The position numbers were made by a program, and so were the translations under genes. From contig JAYWIR010000011.1 of NCBI GenBank assembly GCA_036172245.1, positions 3,968,001 to 4,032,000 of the forward strand: a stretch of 64,000 nucleotides of DNA. The letters are read 5' to 3'. Below are positions 1 to 12,416 of the stretch, piece after piece; the stretch's first letter is position 1, and each line of letters begins with the position of its first letter. This DNA comes from Raillietiella orientalis. Its lineage: Eukaryota. The notes below the pieces were generated by a model. That model was given only the letters and a program-made list of their open reading frames with translations, was not told the DNA's origin and did not search any database.

Positions 1-1115
1 GCACATGGACAGCAGCCTTACAGCTAGATGGGAGGAGGTTACTGCGGAAACCTCCGGAAGGAGGAAAAGACTGGGCAAATGGACGGCGGGCCAGCTCACC
101 GACGCTGCGACCCCGATTGCTCCACCTCGTGAACTGTTGCGCTGGGCTTGCTACTGGGTATTCCAGAGGAAGACCTGAAGTGAGCTCTGGTGCTCATAAA
201 CACCCACACCCTCCCCTTAAAGTGGCAGGAGTCAGAGACCCTGCTGTTGCACTGGGGTCTTCCATGCAACGCCCACCGGCATCATTAGACACGGGGGGGG
301 GGGGGGGGTAAACCGTAACAGTGCCAGGTGAGGGGAGCGGGAATCGTCCCCGCACCTCCTAGTGGACTTTGTTTCCCTCCGGCCCCTTTAGGAACGCTTG
401 GCCACGACCCTTGGATCCCCCGACGGCAACGCCAGAGACGTGATGCGGCTCCTCTTTGTGCGGGACGCCCTGCATCCAGCCGCATCCCTAGTAGCACTTT
501 GCTGCTCACATGAAATCTGGCTGCATGGAGAAGCAACGCCAGAGGAGGCCAGGACGGCAGGGATGCCATCTATTTTGCTGTCCTCTTCATGAGGACAGCG
601 TCAAGATGGCCCCATCTGGGAATCATAAAAGAGGAAACTTGCCGGCGTCCTTACAAGGATGCAGAAGACGCGCTCCATAACACAGTAATCCCTTCCCGAA
701 CCACCCCATTCTTTGAATGCATTTTTCTTTTTATTCTTTTGTTTTTGTTTGTCTTCCCTCCCTTTGTGCTGCCGAGGCGAACCTCGCTGGCCTGAGTGCC
801 AGTTCCTGGCAGGTTCCTTCTCGTAGTTTAGGTGGCAGGAGCAAACGTCCTGCCACAGACATGTATTTTTATTTTATAAATAAACTCCCCGGCGTGACCG
901 GTTGTCAACCAATGTCGTACCCGAAACCCGTGGGCTAACCAATGTCATCCCGAAGAGGGCGACTTGAAACCCACGGTGGGCTCCGTTCTTGGAGTTGGTC
1001 TTTCCCCGAGTGGGACCCGAACTTGCGACGATTGGTGCCACGGCGCAGAGACCGCAACCACAAGGCTGCCAATGCATACCAGTGGCTGTGGGTTTGACCC
1101 CGGTTCCGTGGTATC
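1..1115 (+). mobile_element. Possible LTR-retrotransposon end (G-rich polypurine tract followed by an LTR-like block)
   Basis: GC-rich block unlike the host genes; G run at ~293-308 followed by TAAA-CGTAACA (one mismatch to a TGTAACA LTR start); AATAAA near 879. No second LTR, TSD or recognisable TE protein seen. Confidence 0.25.
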
Positions 1116-2462
1116 AAAAGCTGCTCTCTTTTGAGATCTGAGGTCTCTTCACTGTGAAAACAAAGGAAAACCCACAGCATCCACAGATTCCACTCGCGAG
1201 CACTCCCTGCAAGTCAGAAGCAAGAAACTCGAGCTTAGGTGCACCTTTGGGATGACGAGTGCCCCAACCTCACGGAATGAAGCCCACGATTCCACCGCGC
1301 AGCCAGTGTGCACAGGAGGCCAGCATCCCCCACGGGTCCACCAAACCCCAGCACATAAGCGCCTACATGGGGTGCGAGAAGTCGATGTGGTCTGAACCCG
1401 AGCATCCACGCCTTCTCGGACAGACAGCGGGTGAATGGAAGCCCGAAACCACCATCGATGCCACTCCACGGTTTCTTTTGCTGAGGTCCCAAACGAGTTG
1501 TAAATTAGTGAAACGTCGGGAAAAATGACCATCGGGCTGCCGAATTTTACGACGCTCGACCCTTCTTCGGTCACGGACGAATCTGGAGCAAGATGCGAAG
1601 AATCACAAAAATCCCATGCGCGGTTATTCCAGCATCCCTTATCGCCTCGTACTCCTTTCGTCTCTAAAGCGATGAGCAAACCCGATTTCTGGAATTCGGA
1701 AACTTGCATTCTGGTGAACTGGATTCCGTATCAGCCATTCTTTCGCTTCGCATAGCGAATCGCCTGCTCTTTCTCTAATGGTTCACCCAATGCAGTCCAT
1801 TTGTCTCCAGCTGGTAAGATGTTTCCGCACTCCGTTGTTCCGGAACGAGGAAAAAAGATCTGTTGCTCCAGAACGGATTCTCGCGGATTCCTACCCTTCC
1901 ACTGCTTTTTTTAAAAAATATATTTTTTTTTCCCTTCCCCTCGTTTCACAGTAGGGGTGTACGCAACAGTGGAAGGGGTGTCAACCCCGTGGATCCCTAG
2001 CTCCCATCAGCGGTTTCTAGTCTGTCGTATCATTCGATTAGAGAGCATTCCCCTTCGTCACACTTTGCATTTGCCTCAGATCAAAAACCAAGCAGCACAA
2101 ATGACGACTTCCTTTTCTGTTTTTCCTATCAAGAGACGATGTTACTGCTCATGGAACGTTTTTGGAAGATTCAAAAACGAATTCTGCAATTCATGCCTCC
2201 TTGTAATCTTGCGTCCCCTCTGGCACCTTTTGGTCGGTCCTCTGGCAAGGAAACCACACACTAGTCGCCCTGGGGAGGAGGATGAGCATGTTAAGACAGA
2301 GTGCTAATTTTCCCCTCCGACTGCCCTTACTCTGTCACTTTCATGCTGCGAAGTAGCTTGTCGATAAAAAGACGCTCTCAAGTTCCGATTTCAAGCAGTA
2401 GCAACTTTTTGATCAGAACTTATCGATCCTCGAGCTCATCGGCCATTCAGACTTCTGTACAG

Positions 2463-2826
2463 CTCTTGGGACTTCAAGAAAACGTCCAATTTCTCTGCAA
2501 AAGGAAGAATATCTTAGTGAAACCTTTTCGAGATGAGAACTGTAACGGCAGAGCTGAGGAGCAAATGGTCCATGTGTTTGCAGTTTCTGGCATTACTCTC
2601 ATCACTGGCGACAACTTTCAATACGCCGAATTGTGGCCATTCAACTCACCATCATCTTCAGGTTGCCGTAGAGATCAAATCAAGTGCTCTCAGTTCATGG
2701 GTGGCGAACGAACTGGATGGCGTTTTTGAAGAAATCGAAAAGCAAAAGCATTTTCATTTCGGAAAGTGGCTTGAAAAATCTGGAGGATGGAATGACGAAA
2801 AATTTTCCAGAAGTAAACCAGTTTAA
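2463..2826 (+). pseudogene. Bcl-2 family (Bax/Bak/CED-9-like) remnant with two apparent 1-nt deletions
   Basis: Joining three frames gives HVFAVSGITLITGDNFQY(G)RIVAI..QVAVEIKSSALSSWVANELDGVFEEIEKQKHFHFGKWLEKSGGW. This has a BH1-like NFQY(G)RIVAI and a BH2-like WLEKSGGW in the expected order and at plausible spacing. Confidence 0.55.
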
Positions 2827-3309
2827 ATTTTGAGGAAAACTTTGTTCTGAACTGAAAGGAATGGCATCCATTTAACTCTGATATCGTGAGCATATAGACA
2901 GCTGACTAAAAATCGAAAAGCCAAATCTGATTCCGCCTCTCTATGTAATAACACGCTTCAACAATTCTAAGAGATGTTTGCAAACAAAAGCTAAACAGGC
3001 TCTTTTCACCAAAAAAGCAGCAATCCTTCAGAATGTATTTAATAGAAATGGTTCTCTCAATAAAGGTGTAAGTGGCAATGCTGCATTTTTTCTTCAGATG
3101 CTTGCCTTGCATTCTCGTTCTCCTAAATATACCATTATGATGCCATTAGAAGTAATGCTGGTATAGATGTAGCATTCTTTTCCTCAGAGTACGTAGGTAA
3201 GCAGCCAAGAAAACAAAGTCAAGACCCCCTTCACATTTGATTAAAACTTCTCTTAAAACTTAAAAACATCATTCAAAAAGTATGGAGACATAATGTTTCA
3301 CTCCACAAA

Positions 3310-3333
3310 ACACACACACACACACACACACAC
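3310..3333. repeat. (CA)n microsatellite
   Basis: About 11-12 CA units seen directly. Confidence 0.95.
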
Positions 3334-6300
3334 GATAACTTCTTAGACAAGTTTGTTTGTTTGCAAAAACATTTACTTGGTAGCACCTATTTGTATTACG
3401 TTGCACGTACGGACTGTCCAATTGAATTTTGCATTTTCAATATAAGAACTGAGTTCTGTAAAATAATTCTGCTTCATATCTTGTCCCATGCTGCTTACTT
3501 TTTATAAAGAGAAATAATTCATGTGCAACCAAGAAACCTACCCTCGGTTTGGTTCACTGAGATATCAGTGAACCAATTCAGCCACTGTTTTTAAAGGGCA
3601 AAAAATTTCACTTTGTCTGAATACTTCAACTCAAAGTACCTATCGTGGAAACCAAAGAAAAATCGATTTGCACTTTTTCCCATGCAACACTAATCATCCA
3701 TTTAAAAAAGGAAAAAAAAAAACCTGAAGTAATTATAACCTTAAGAAATCCTTAATTCCATCCACTGATACTTTGATACACTATTTCACTCTTTCCTGAC
3801 TTCAAATTTATAACGTATTCTAAACGGACTCTACGATTTAGAAGGCAACCCAGTACCAACCTCAAAGCAAACACAATCTGTGGCTAACCACGCCTTGCCT
3901 TTGTTCCCAAACGCTTGTGCATACCGTTCTTGCACCTAAGATGCTTCGAGGTTGCACGTGCTTCTTTTTAAAAACCTCTTTCAAACTTTCCTTGATATCG
4001 TCATCAAATTCAGAGAACAAAAATCATCAAAATTCATCAAACTTGAAAGGAAAAAGGCCTTTGACCATCGTTTGACCGGCACTGTCCGTGCAAAACGTGG
4101 CAGTCCGAACGACGTGCGCGCTACGTCAGCATGCATTTGAAGGAAGTTAAATTCTCAAACAGGAATTTAGAGGGTGGGAATTATTAGGATGATCATGCAC
4201 AGCAGCCTACACAGGAGATGCTGGAGCCGTAGCATTTGTTTCTGTTTCTGTTTTTACAATGATCGACCGACAAGCAAGAAAGCTCATATAAAATGCTCTT
4301 CAGCATCAAAGCATTTTGCAGAATAAGCACCATTTGCGCCGTGCATTTTCACTCCTCAGATTTGAGTGAAAATGTTTTCCTGCAGACCAAAGAATGAGGA
4401 AGGATGCGAAGCGCCCTGTCCTTTCCGAGCGCGGGTCATTCGGATGATGGATCTACGAAGATGTGTCAACGCCAAGTCATCATCGGAAGAACGAACGTAC
4501 ACGGCATGACAGCAAGAGCACGCGGCAGTTTGGGCTGCCCTAAGCTTTGTCTAAGAAGGAGAACTCCGGCGAATCTTTGCTGTTTTCCTCCTCCGGACCT
4601 CTCCTGAATACAACAGCAGTTCGAGAAGCTGGATGGCTAAATCAGTGTGAAGTAGAGAGCTCCCAATGAATTGATTGCTTGATTTATGGCTCATTCTGAG
4701 CTTATGAGAAAGTTTGCAGTGAGGAAAATTTCCACAGCAGAATCACAATGGGGAATCAACCAGCCGCGAGAATGCTATGCAAGTACGCTGAAAACGGCAT
4801 GCGTTGGGGCAGAAGAGAGAGGAACCGGACCAAAGCTCTTGGCACCGGCGCCAGCTTCACGAAGGGCGCGCTTCTGCCCCCCAAGTTTCGCTCACACGCA
4901 CTTTTGCTTTTTTTTTTTTCTCTCAATGTATCGAATCGTGTATTCCAAAATTGCCTTTTACGAAATGTTCTTCCTTTCCATGGCTTCACCGTTGGCTGAA
5001 TTTTCCGTGACCGCATGGTAATCGATTCCGCAAACCCCGGTCGCATCCGACAGGCGCTGGCAAAGACCTGACCTTCTTCCTACCCGACGGATGGCCTTTC
5101 CGACTGCTTCGAGTGGTAGTCGAAGCCCCTTCCTCAAAATGCTTTGGAATCGTCATGGCCATCCAAAATATACATAAAGCTGGTCATGACAATACGGTAA
5201 TGAACCTTTGAATTTTGCAAACCGTTCTGGATGTAGGTTTCCGAGGGTTAGAAAGAACAACGCTTTATTTATAAAAAATGAAACCCCGAAACAACTAGCT
5301 AAAATATGCTACGCCTGTTTTCGAGTTAAGAGTGATCCTCTCGAAAGAACCGTTACAACGCCACTGCTTCGACTAAGAGTTGAGTCGTTTCACTTTTCAC
5401 CGATTGAAATTTGCACCAGGAACCAAAAACGCGATTCCTTCCGGCTGGAAAGTTCTGGTGCACTCGTGTGGAAGTCCGTTCGTGCTCTCCCGGTCCTTTG
5501 CGTGCTGCGACACTTTGTGTATCTGTTTGGCTCTGCTGGGGAGCAAAGACACGTAATCAAAACAGCGGGCCGACGACCTTCACCCTTTGATCTCGTCTTC
5601 CGAATCTTCCCCGTTTCATAAACGCGGAGCCGTTCCCTCCGTCCTTCTGGATGCGTGTTCGGGACGTGCCCCGAAGCAGCTTCTATTTCATCCGTTTCCA
5701 ACAGGAACACTAATCTGAGCGATCGTCCCACATCACACCACCCAAAACATGGTCCTACACGGCAATGTTTTCCCAAACGTGTTGTGTAAACCGTTAGAGT
5801 TTGCACCATCAACGATTCCGTTTGTTTGTTTGTCATCGGATGTGCTGCGTTGTTCGACATCAACCCGTTTGCTGTGCATGCAGCTCACAAAAAGAACGTT
5901 TCACCGACTCCCGGATCCGATGCTGAGGTTACCCGGCGCGTGACCAAATCTCCTGCAAAAAAAAGGAAAAACAAACGAAACACGGTGAAGCACTTAAAAC
6001 GTCTACTTATTTTCGAAGAAATAGATGTAACAAAAACTGGCGTTTAACTTCTCCAAGACCCATTCTTGTGAACCACTGGCAAGAATTCATTGACCTTCCT
6101 ACTTTACCCGGAGGGCATTCACGTGTTTACATTCATGCACAAACGACAACTCCCAAAACGCACAAAGTAAAAAACATTCACGGTAACGAAAATGAGTCTT
6201 TCACGCAGGAACCATCTCAGGCAAAAAGAAAGATTTTCGCCATCTATAAGATTAACGAATACTCAACACAACATATAATTAATGATTGTCAAAAAGATAA

Positions 6301-7092
6301 TTACTAAAGGGCATGAAAATTTCCAGTTTTAATAAGTACATCGAAGCTGTACCGCAGGATTGGACCATCCGAAATTGTATCCACTATTACTTTAAAACAT
6401 CTAAGCAAGCCTGAGGCAGAATTGGAAACTCAAGTCAGAGCAAATGGAAAATATGGGTTCAAAGAAAATTTATTCCAAAAACATAGGAGTATCTGGGGTG
6501 GTTGTAATAATAATAATTTGTTTATGCTCCTCCCACACTAGTAATTCAAGAAAGCATTGCATAGAATTCCATGAAAATTTTGGCATGTAAATTTCCAATA
6601 CTCTCATAGAAAATTAGATAATGTTTTTCGTTATATCCAATACTAATTGGAATCCTGACTCATGATACAGAAATTCTACCACTGCATATACTTTCCTCAA
6701 ATTACAAGTTTGGAACATGAATCCTGCTACCACTTTTACCATACCTGCCAAATGCAGCAATTAGTTGTACATGCATGCTGGAAATTATTTATTATAACTG
6801 AGAAACTCAGTATCTTTACATGAAGTCAATCCACACAGTTTATTTTCTTTCTGAGTTATCACTCTGTGGTCTCTTTAAATTAAATTTTCTTCAGATAAAT
6901 AGCATAAACGGCCTACACTTTTTTATCTAATCTTCCACTGCTGGGTATGTGAACAAGCTTAAACTTCCAAGTCATAGCTACAGAATTATGGTGTTGTTCA
7001 CATATTGTATGCATCCAAACATGTTTGCAAAAACTGCCTTTTTTTTTAATCAGAAAACGGAAGGTATTGACATGTATTGGATTTTCGTAAGT

Positions 7093-10000
7093 TTACTTGT
7101 TATTGTAATCATTGTCCTCCAGCTTACTGAAATGGAAAAGCTCTATGCCCTTACCAGCAACAGCAAGATACTGTAAAGAGCTACTGTAAAGAGCACCAAT
7201 TAATGGGTGCTACATGGAGCAAAACTTAAACTTACTTCATGTTGATAAAATGTAAATCATGAACATCAGCTATTGCTGTGTAGCAACAACGCAGCAAATG
7301 AAACCTATCAGCATCCAATAGCCAGCACAATAATCGCTGGTCAACAGACACTGATATAATTGTGTCACGAGCTACAACACTCACACCTAAAGACTAATTC
7401 ATTCAAGTAAGCAACTGTTTATGAATACCTGTAATTTGGGACCAATGAGCAGAAGCCCGACACATTGTTTGTATTGAATATAAAGATCCAACACTTTCAA
7501 TAATGGTAGCACACAAGGCAGAATCATCTCCTCCGGTAACTACAAGTAATGCAGCAGCATCACAATATACATCAATACAAGCAATGCCTGATTGATGTTG
7601 CTTGAGATTAAGTACAGAGGTTTCCCAACTGTTAGAGTTCCACAGGGTAAGATAACCACGAGACCCACATGATAGCAACCATTGTTTGTTACACCAAGAA
7701 ATCTGATGCAATTGCAAGGCACAACCAATTTGTGCTCTTAATATGTTTTTCAGGCTTAATTCATCGGAACGATTTAGATGGAAAAGATAGATTACACCAG
7801 TAGAGACACCCACTGCAACATTGCTATGGCTTTCTGAAAACCAGCAAACACAGCAAACACATCTCAGATCAAAATGCAAATGTTCTAGCTTCTTGCTTCC
7901 ACACAAATCATTTGAAGAAAAAAAAAAATTGTGAACTAGTTGGCAACTGGCATTTGCTGAAAACAGACTTAAGGGAGAAACAGAAATGCAAATGTCTTAC
8001 AAATAAAAAGTTTCCATATGCACAGCTGGCCACGTCCACCTCCCGTTACAACTAATAAATCACAAGTATCTTGCTTACAACAATCTAGACAGCGAATGCT
8101 GGATATATGCTCCTTCAAAACCAAAAGGGGTTGCCTTTCTTGACCATCCTTTTCCAACCTATGAATTTGTAGTATTCCATCTTCTCCCCCTGTAAGCAGA
8201 ATAACTCCATACGATGATACTTGTAAACTGACAGCATTGATTTCTCTAGAATGAAGGAATGGCTATGTACACAATTAGAAAAAAAAAAACGTTTGGAGAA
8301 TAGCACCTTAAGAGAATGAGGCAATAAATGCTTTAATGGCATGCCAAAGGCCATTATATGTCCTGCACAAATGAAAGCAAAAGCAGCCTCCTCTTCTTGC
8401 AAATAGAAACTACATGAACGATGACCACCCCCACAATGGACACGCAACAGTTCTCTTTGGTTAGTATGGCTCCAAATTACAAAGTATGCCTGGAGAATGC
8501 ATCACTAATATAATCAATCAAAAAACAACCTACTGAATTAAAGGTCAGCAAGATGAGGTCTGACTTCACAGACCACACATCAACTACCCAATGAAAGGGA
8601 GAAGAAAACTTATGCAAAACATGCAAGGTGAGTTTTGTTTGATCAATTGTCAACAAGTAGATTTTTCCATCTCTGCCACAACTTAGAAACTGGTCTTGCC
8701 AGCGGCCAACATGCATGACACCATGATGATCGTGAATGTTTGCAAGCGTAGTTTTCAAAATAACATCATCATCTGCTAAACTATACAAATGCACAGAACC
8801 ACTGCGGTCTCCACAAATTAGCAAACTGTTTTCCCAGTCTGCTACACAACAATTGATCCACGGAAACTTGCTATAAGGCAAATTCCAGGTAAACTGGAGA
8901 TGTACAGATATCTGAATTCCCATTGTAGCTAGATGATAAAGCCACAAAGAACCATTGCCTGAAGATACAACCAATAGCAACGGACTGCATTCTAACAAAT
9001 GCAAAGAATGGATCTTGGCTTTGCAATCAAGTTGGGAGACCAAATGAATATCTTTCTCCAATTCTAGAAAATTTTGAAGACATTTACATTAACCAAAAGG
9101 CATACCTAATAGAAATATAGAAACTATTCCTTGGACACTACCAGTAGCTATGATTCCGGTTTTACTGGAAGCAGCCAATGCTGCTTCATATGCCAAAAAT
9201 TCATCTTTAATAAGCGCAGTACATTGGCTGGAACAAATACAGGCTATGCACAACCATCCTTTAGTAGTGACAACCATCACTTTCTGTGTATCCCAAAATA
9301 TGACCTTATAAAATGATCCAATGTCCGAAGTAGCTAATAATCTGTTGATGGTAACTTTGTGCAAAAGCATATCTAAAAACCATACATTGACTGTGCAATC
9401 GTTGTTTCCAGTTACCTTTAGAAAATTTGCAACTGACATTTTAAGCTCTTCGGTAAACTTACCAGTACAGACATCAAAGAACAGCAATCTAGACTCCTTA
9501 CCATGGAGCCAACATTACAATCATTCAAAAGATGACCATCAGAATCCCAAATGCAAATGCGAGCATCCTAACAACATAAAACATGCCACCCATTAATTAT
9601 GGGCTCACCTCACCAGCACTCAGAAAACCATTCTTCCAGAATGCTGCTTTCCATATTCTGGCACTGTGGCCGTAGACACAGGATTCTAAGGTGACTTTTA
9701 CTTGTAACCAATCTTTTAAGGATTGGAAATCACTACAACTAGCAGCAGAAACATGCCACACTCGAATACTTCGATCTTCTGATACTGTCAAAATGAGATT
9801 CTGGATTGAATTATAAACAATATCTAATACCATTCCCTATAAATGGGAAAGTAAGGCATCAATTGCTCATGTACTAACCTTATGACCTTTCAACTCACAA
9901 AATACAGAAGCAATGTTGGTATGATCTGATTCAAAACTTACACCCCACAATAATGCCTGACAAGCAGCGCCTGCCAAAACCAGCAAAGAGTTTGCATATG

Positions 10001-12416
10001 GCACTAGTAAACCACAATATCTGAACCAATAATAAGAAAATGTTGCATTCTGTATGACACCAGCTTTATACAAAACTAATACATTGTATTCTTAACTATC
10101 AAGAGGCAAATGGTCAAGCAAAAGCTACGATGCAAACTTTTGTTGAATTTATTGATTAACAGAGCTAGAATGCAAGGCAGAAAAGTTTAGCTTTTTGAAA
10201 AGTACGAAAATTTAAGCTGTTTCGATTATCCTATGTTTCACCAGATTCTAATAGTTTTCCTGTTACCATCGTCTCTTCATGGAATTATGAACACAGAAAC
10301 AATGTTCTTTATTGTGCTATCTATAAAATCTTTTTAGGGATGCCTATTGCAGAGAACATGAACATTTTGATGATCTGTAAAATTCATGAAAATTCAATAG
10401 CCATACAGCTCCAGAGGTGCTGCCCAATATTTGAAATCAGAACTTCACACAAGAAGTCTAAGGACAAGATAATGAAGCAAACTTTCATTAAGATTTCAAT
10501 AGCTTTCAAATGGACAGAAATTTGGCACACATCTGGCTCTCTTCTATACAAAATTGATATAAGTAACACTATGGAATCATATAATGTTATTAGAAAAACT
10601 GAAAAATTCTTCTATATATCAGATTCAAAACATAAAATAAAGTCTGCGGAAGCACTCGAAGTTTGATACTTGATATTCAAGCTGTCACATCCCTTAAATG
10701 ATGAAAAATTTCAAAGTCAAGGCATGCTATAAGTCTACTAATTTTACTACTTTCAAACTCAAAAATTGTTGAGAATAACATGCACTGAAAACCAACCAAG
10801 CCATCATTAATCAGAAAAGCTATCAAGTTTGCAAAATCAAACATGAAAACCAGATGACAAATACTTCTGATTTCGAATATAAAGGCTTGAAATTTGCTTT
10901 CTATGATGAATTTCACAAGCTTAACACAAAGTATCAGAGATTCCTAATAGATTTCCTATTTCACATGTATTCTGCAAAGCTAAAGAAAACTTGAAACAGA
11001 TCTAAATATAACCAAATTTCCATCCTTTGTGAGAACAACTTAGAGAACTACAATTTGGAAAGGCATTCTCGGGATAAATTCATAGTTACCATTTCTGAGA
11101 TAACTATGAGCTCATTTCTAGAAACTGCACTGAATGATTCCATCTGTACTTCCATGCACTGAACATATATAGACTCTTACATGCACACTTACTGCCTTAA
11201 TGATAGGAAAGATAAGAATACATGTTAAGATGAAGTCTGCTATTGAAAAAATGAAAATGTCCTCCCCAATTTTGAAACTCTTCTAAGAAGCTACTGATTA
11301 TTACAAATGATTATATTACAAATTGATTCATATTATTGCATTACATTACTTATTACTTTTTTCTAATTATAAATTATTTGTTGGGACTGAAGTAATTTGA
11401 CCTGTTACAAATCATTCGGCCGAGCTATTTAGCAATCACAAATAAATTTGCTCCAGACTGAAGTGCTGCAGTAATTGTGCATCATATTTTTTGAAACAAA
11501 ACTGCCACATAATAATGAGTTTTTAGAATTGAATTCTGAAAAATTTATAAGAGACTGAGGTTTTTCAACAGAATATCTTCGAAAAAAAAAAAAAACGCTT
11601 GCAGGTAAAAGTCACCATGCTATATGGAAGTATGATTCCATATAGTTTGCTTAAATGTAAAAATTCCCATTCTCAAACATGAGCTAATTTTTTCGTCTTT
11701 TTACTACACTGCTAAAACAATTAGCTTATTAAAACAATTAACAAGCTCACAAAAAACATCTAAATGCACATTCAAAATGGTTTTATCAAAAAGGATACAA
11801 AACACTAGAAATTTCGCATATAAACTTTGAGACGATTTCTTTCCCTCTCCAGTTATAACATACGATAATATTATGGGCAAATAATAAGTAAACTTGGGAA
11901 GGATCTTCTAATGTGTTCATGTCATGTATCCAGTCATCTTGGATACTTTCATCACATAAAAATTTCACCATACTGTCTTGATTAAAAACAAAAATGTTTC
12001 TGATTAACGTTTTCTGATTAAATTTCTCTTTCTGAATTAATGTAATATTCCTGACTTCAAGAATTCTGAAACTTTTATTCCCAAATACAATAAAATGTTG
12101 CGATACTCCATCACTGCATTCAATGCATTCCTCTGTATTGTAATTCTTGAAAACTCTAATTCCGTGCACAACACTGCTTTCAAAAATGGGTTCCTCAGTC
12201 AACTTTGAGCCCTCAGTCCACTCATACAAGGCTACTCGATTGCCATAACCTAATTGACGTAGATATAAATGAACAGTTTTCAAGGATATTCAACAAATAA
12301 ATTATGAGTATATGGAGCGATTGACACCATAGGATTAGGGCTACTGATAGCTTTTGATAATGGATAAAAACCATCAATTATGATAAAATGTACATCATAT
12401 GCACAGTGGGAAACAT
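7093..12416 (-). CDS. WDR6: WD repeat protein 6 / Trm734-like tRNA 2'-O-methyltransferase partner
   Basis: In-phase exons: 12249-11799, 10020-9879, 9836-9609, 9567-9463, 9415-9106, 9063-8534, 8489-8307, 8262-8001, 7956-7429, 7386-7236, 7183-7093 (stop). Motifs LKGHKGMV, TVSEDRSIRVW, YGHSARIW, SAGED, CGDRSGSVHLY, SCGRDG, HCGGGHRS, TGGED, TGGDD, AHWSQITG, SVSVDQRL. The 5' end (start at 12416 or 12330, coding segment down to 12291) is uncertain. Confidence 0.92.
10021..11798 (-). other. U12-type (minor spliceosome) GT-AG intron in WDR6
   Basis: Donor GTATCCTTT matches the U12 consensus. A branch-like TTTCTTAT lies ~12 nt before the CAG. The phase-2 join restores SSVL-YCGLL. Confidence 0.8.

Noticed and set aside
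10260..11060. Possible hAT C-terminal remnant inside the U12 intron (FLCEVLIS)
   Set aside because: Similarity is too weak to distinguish from chance.
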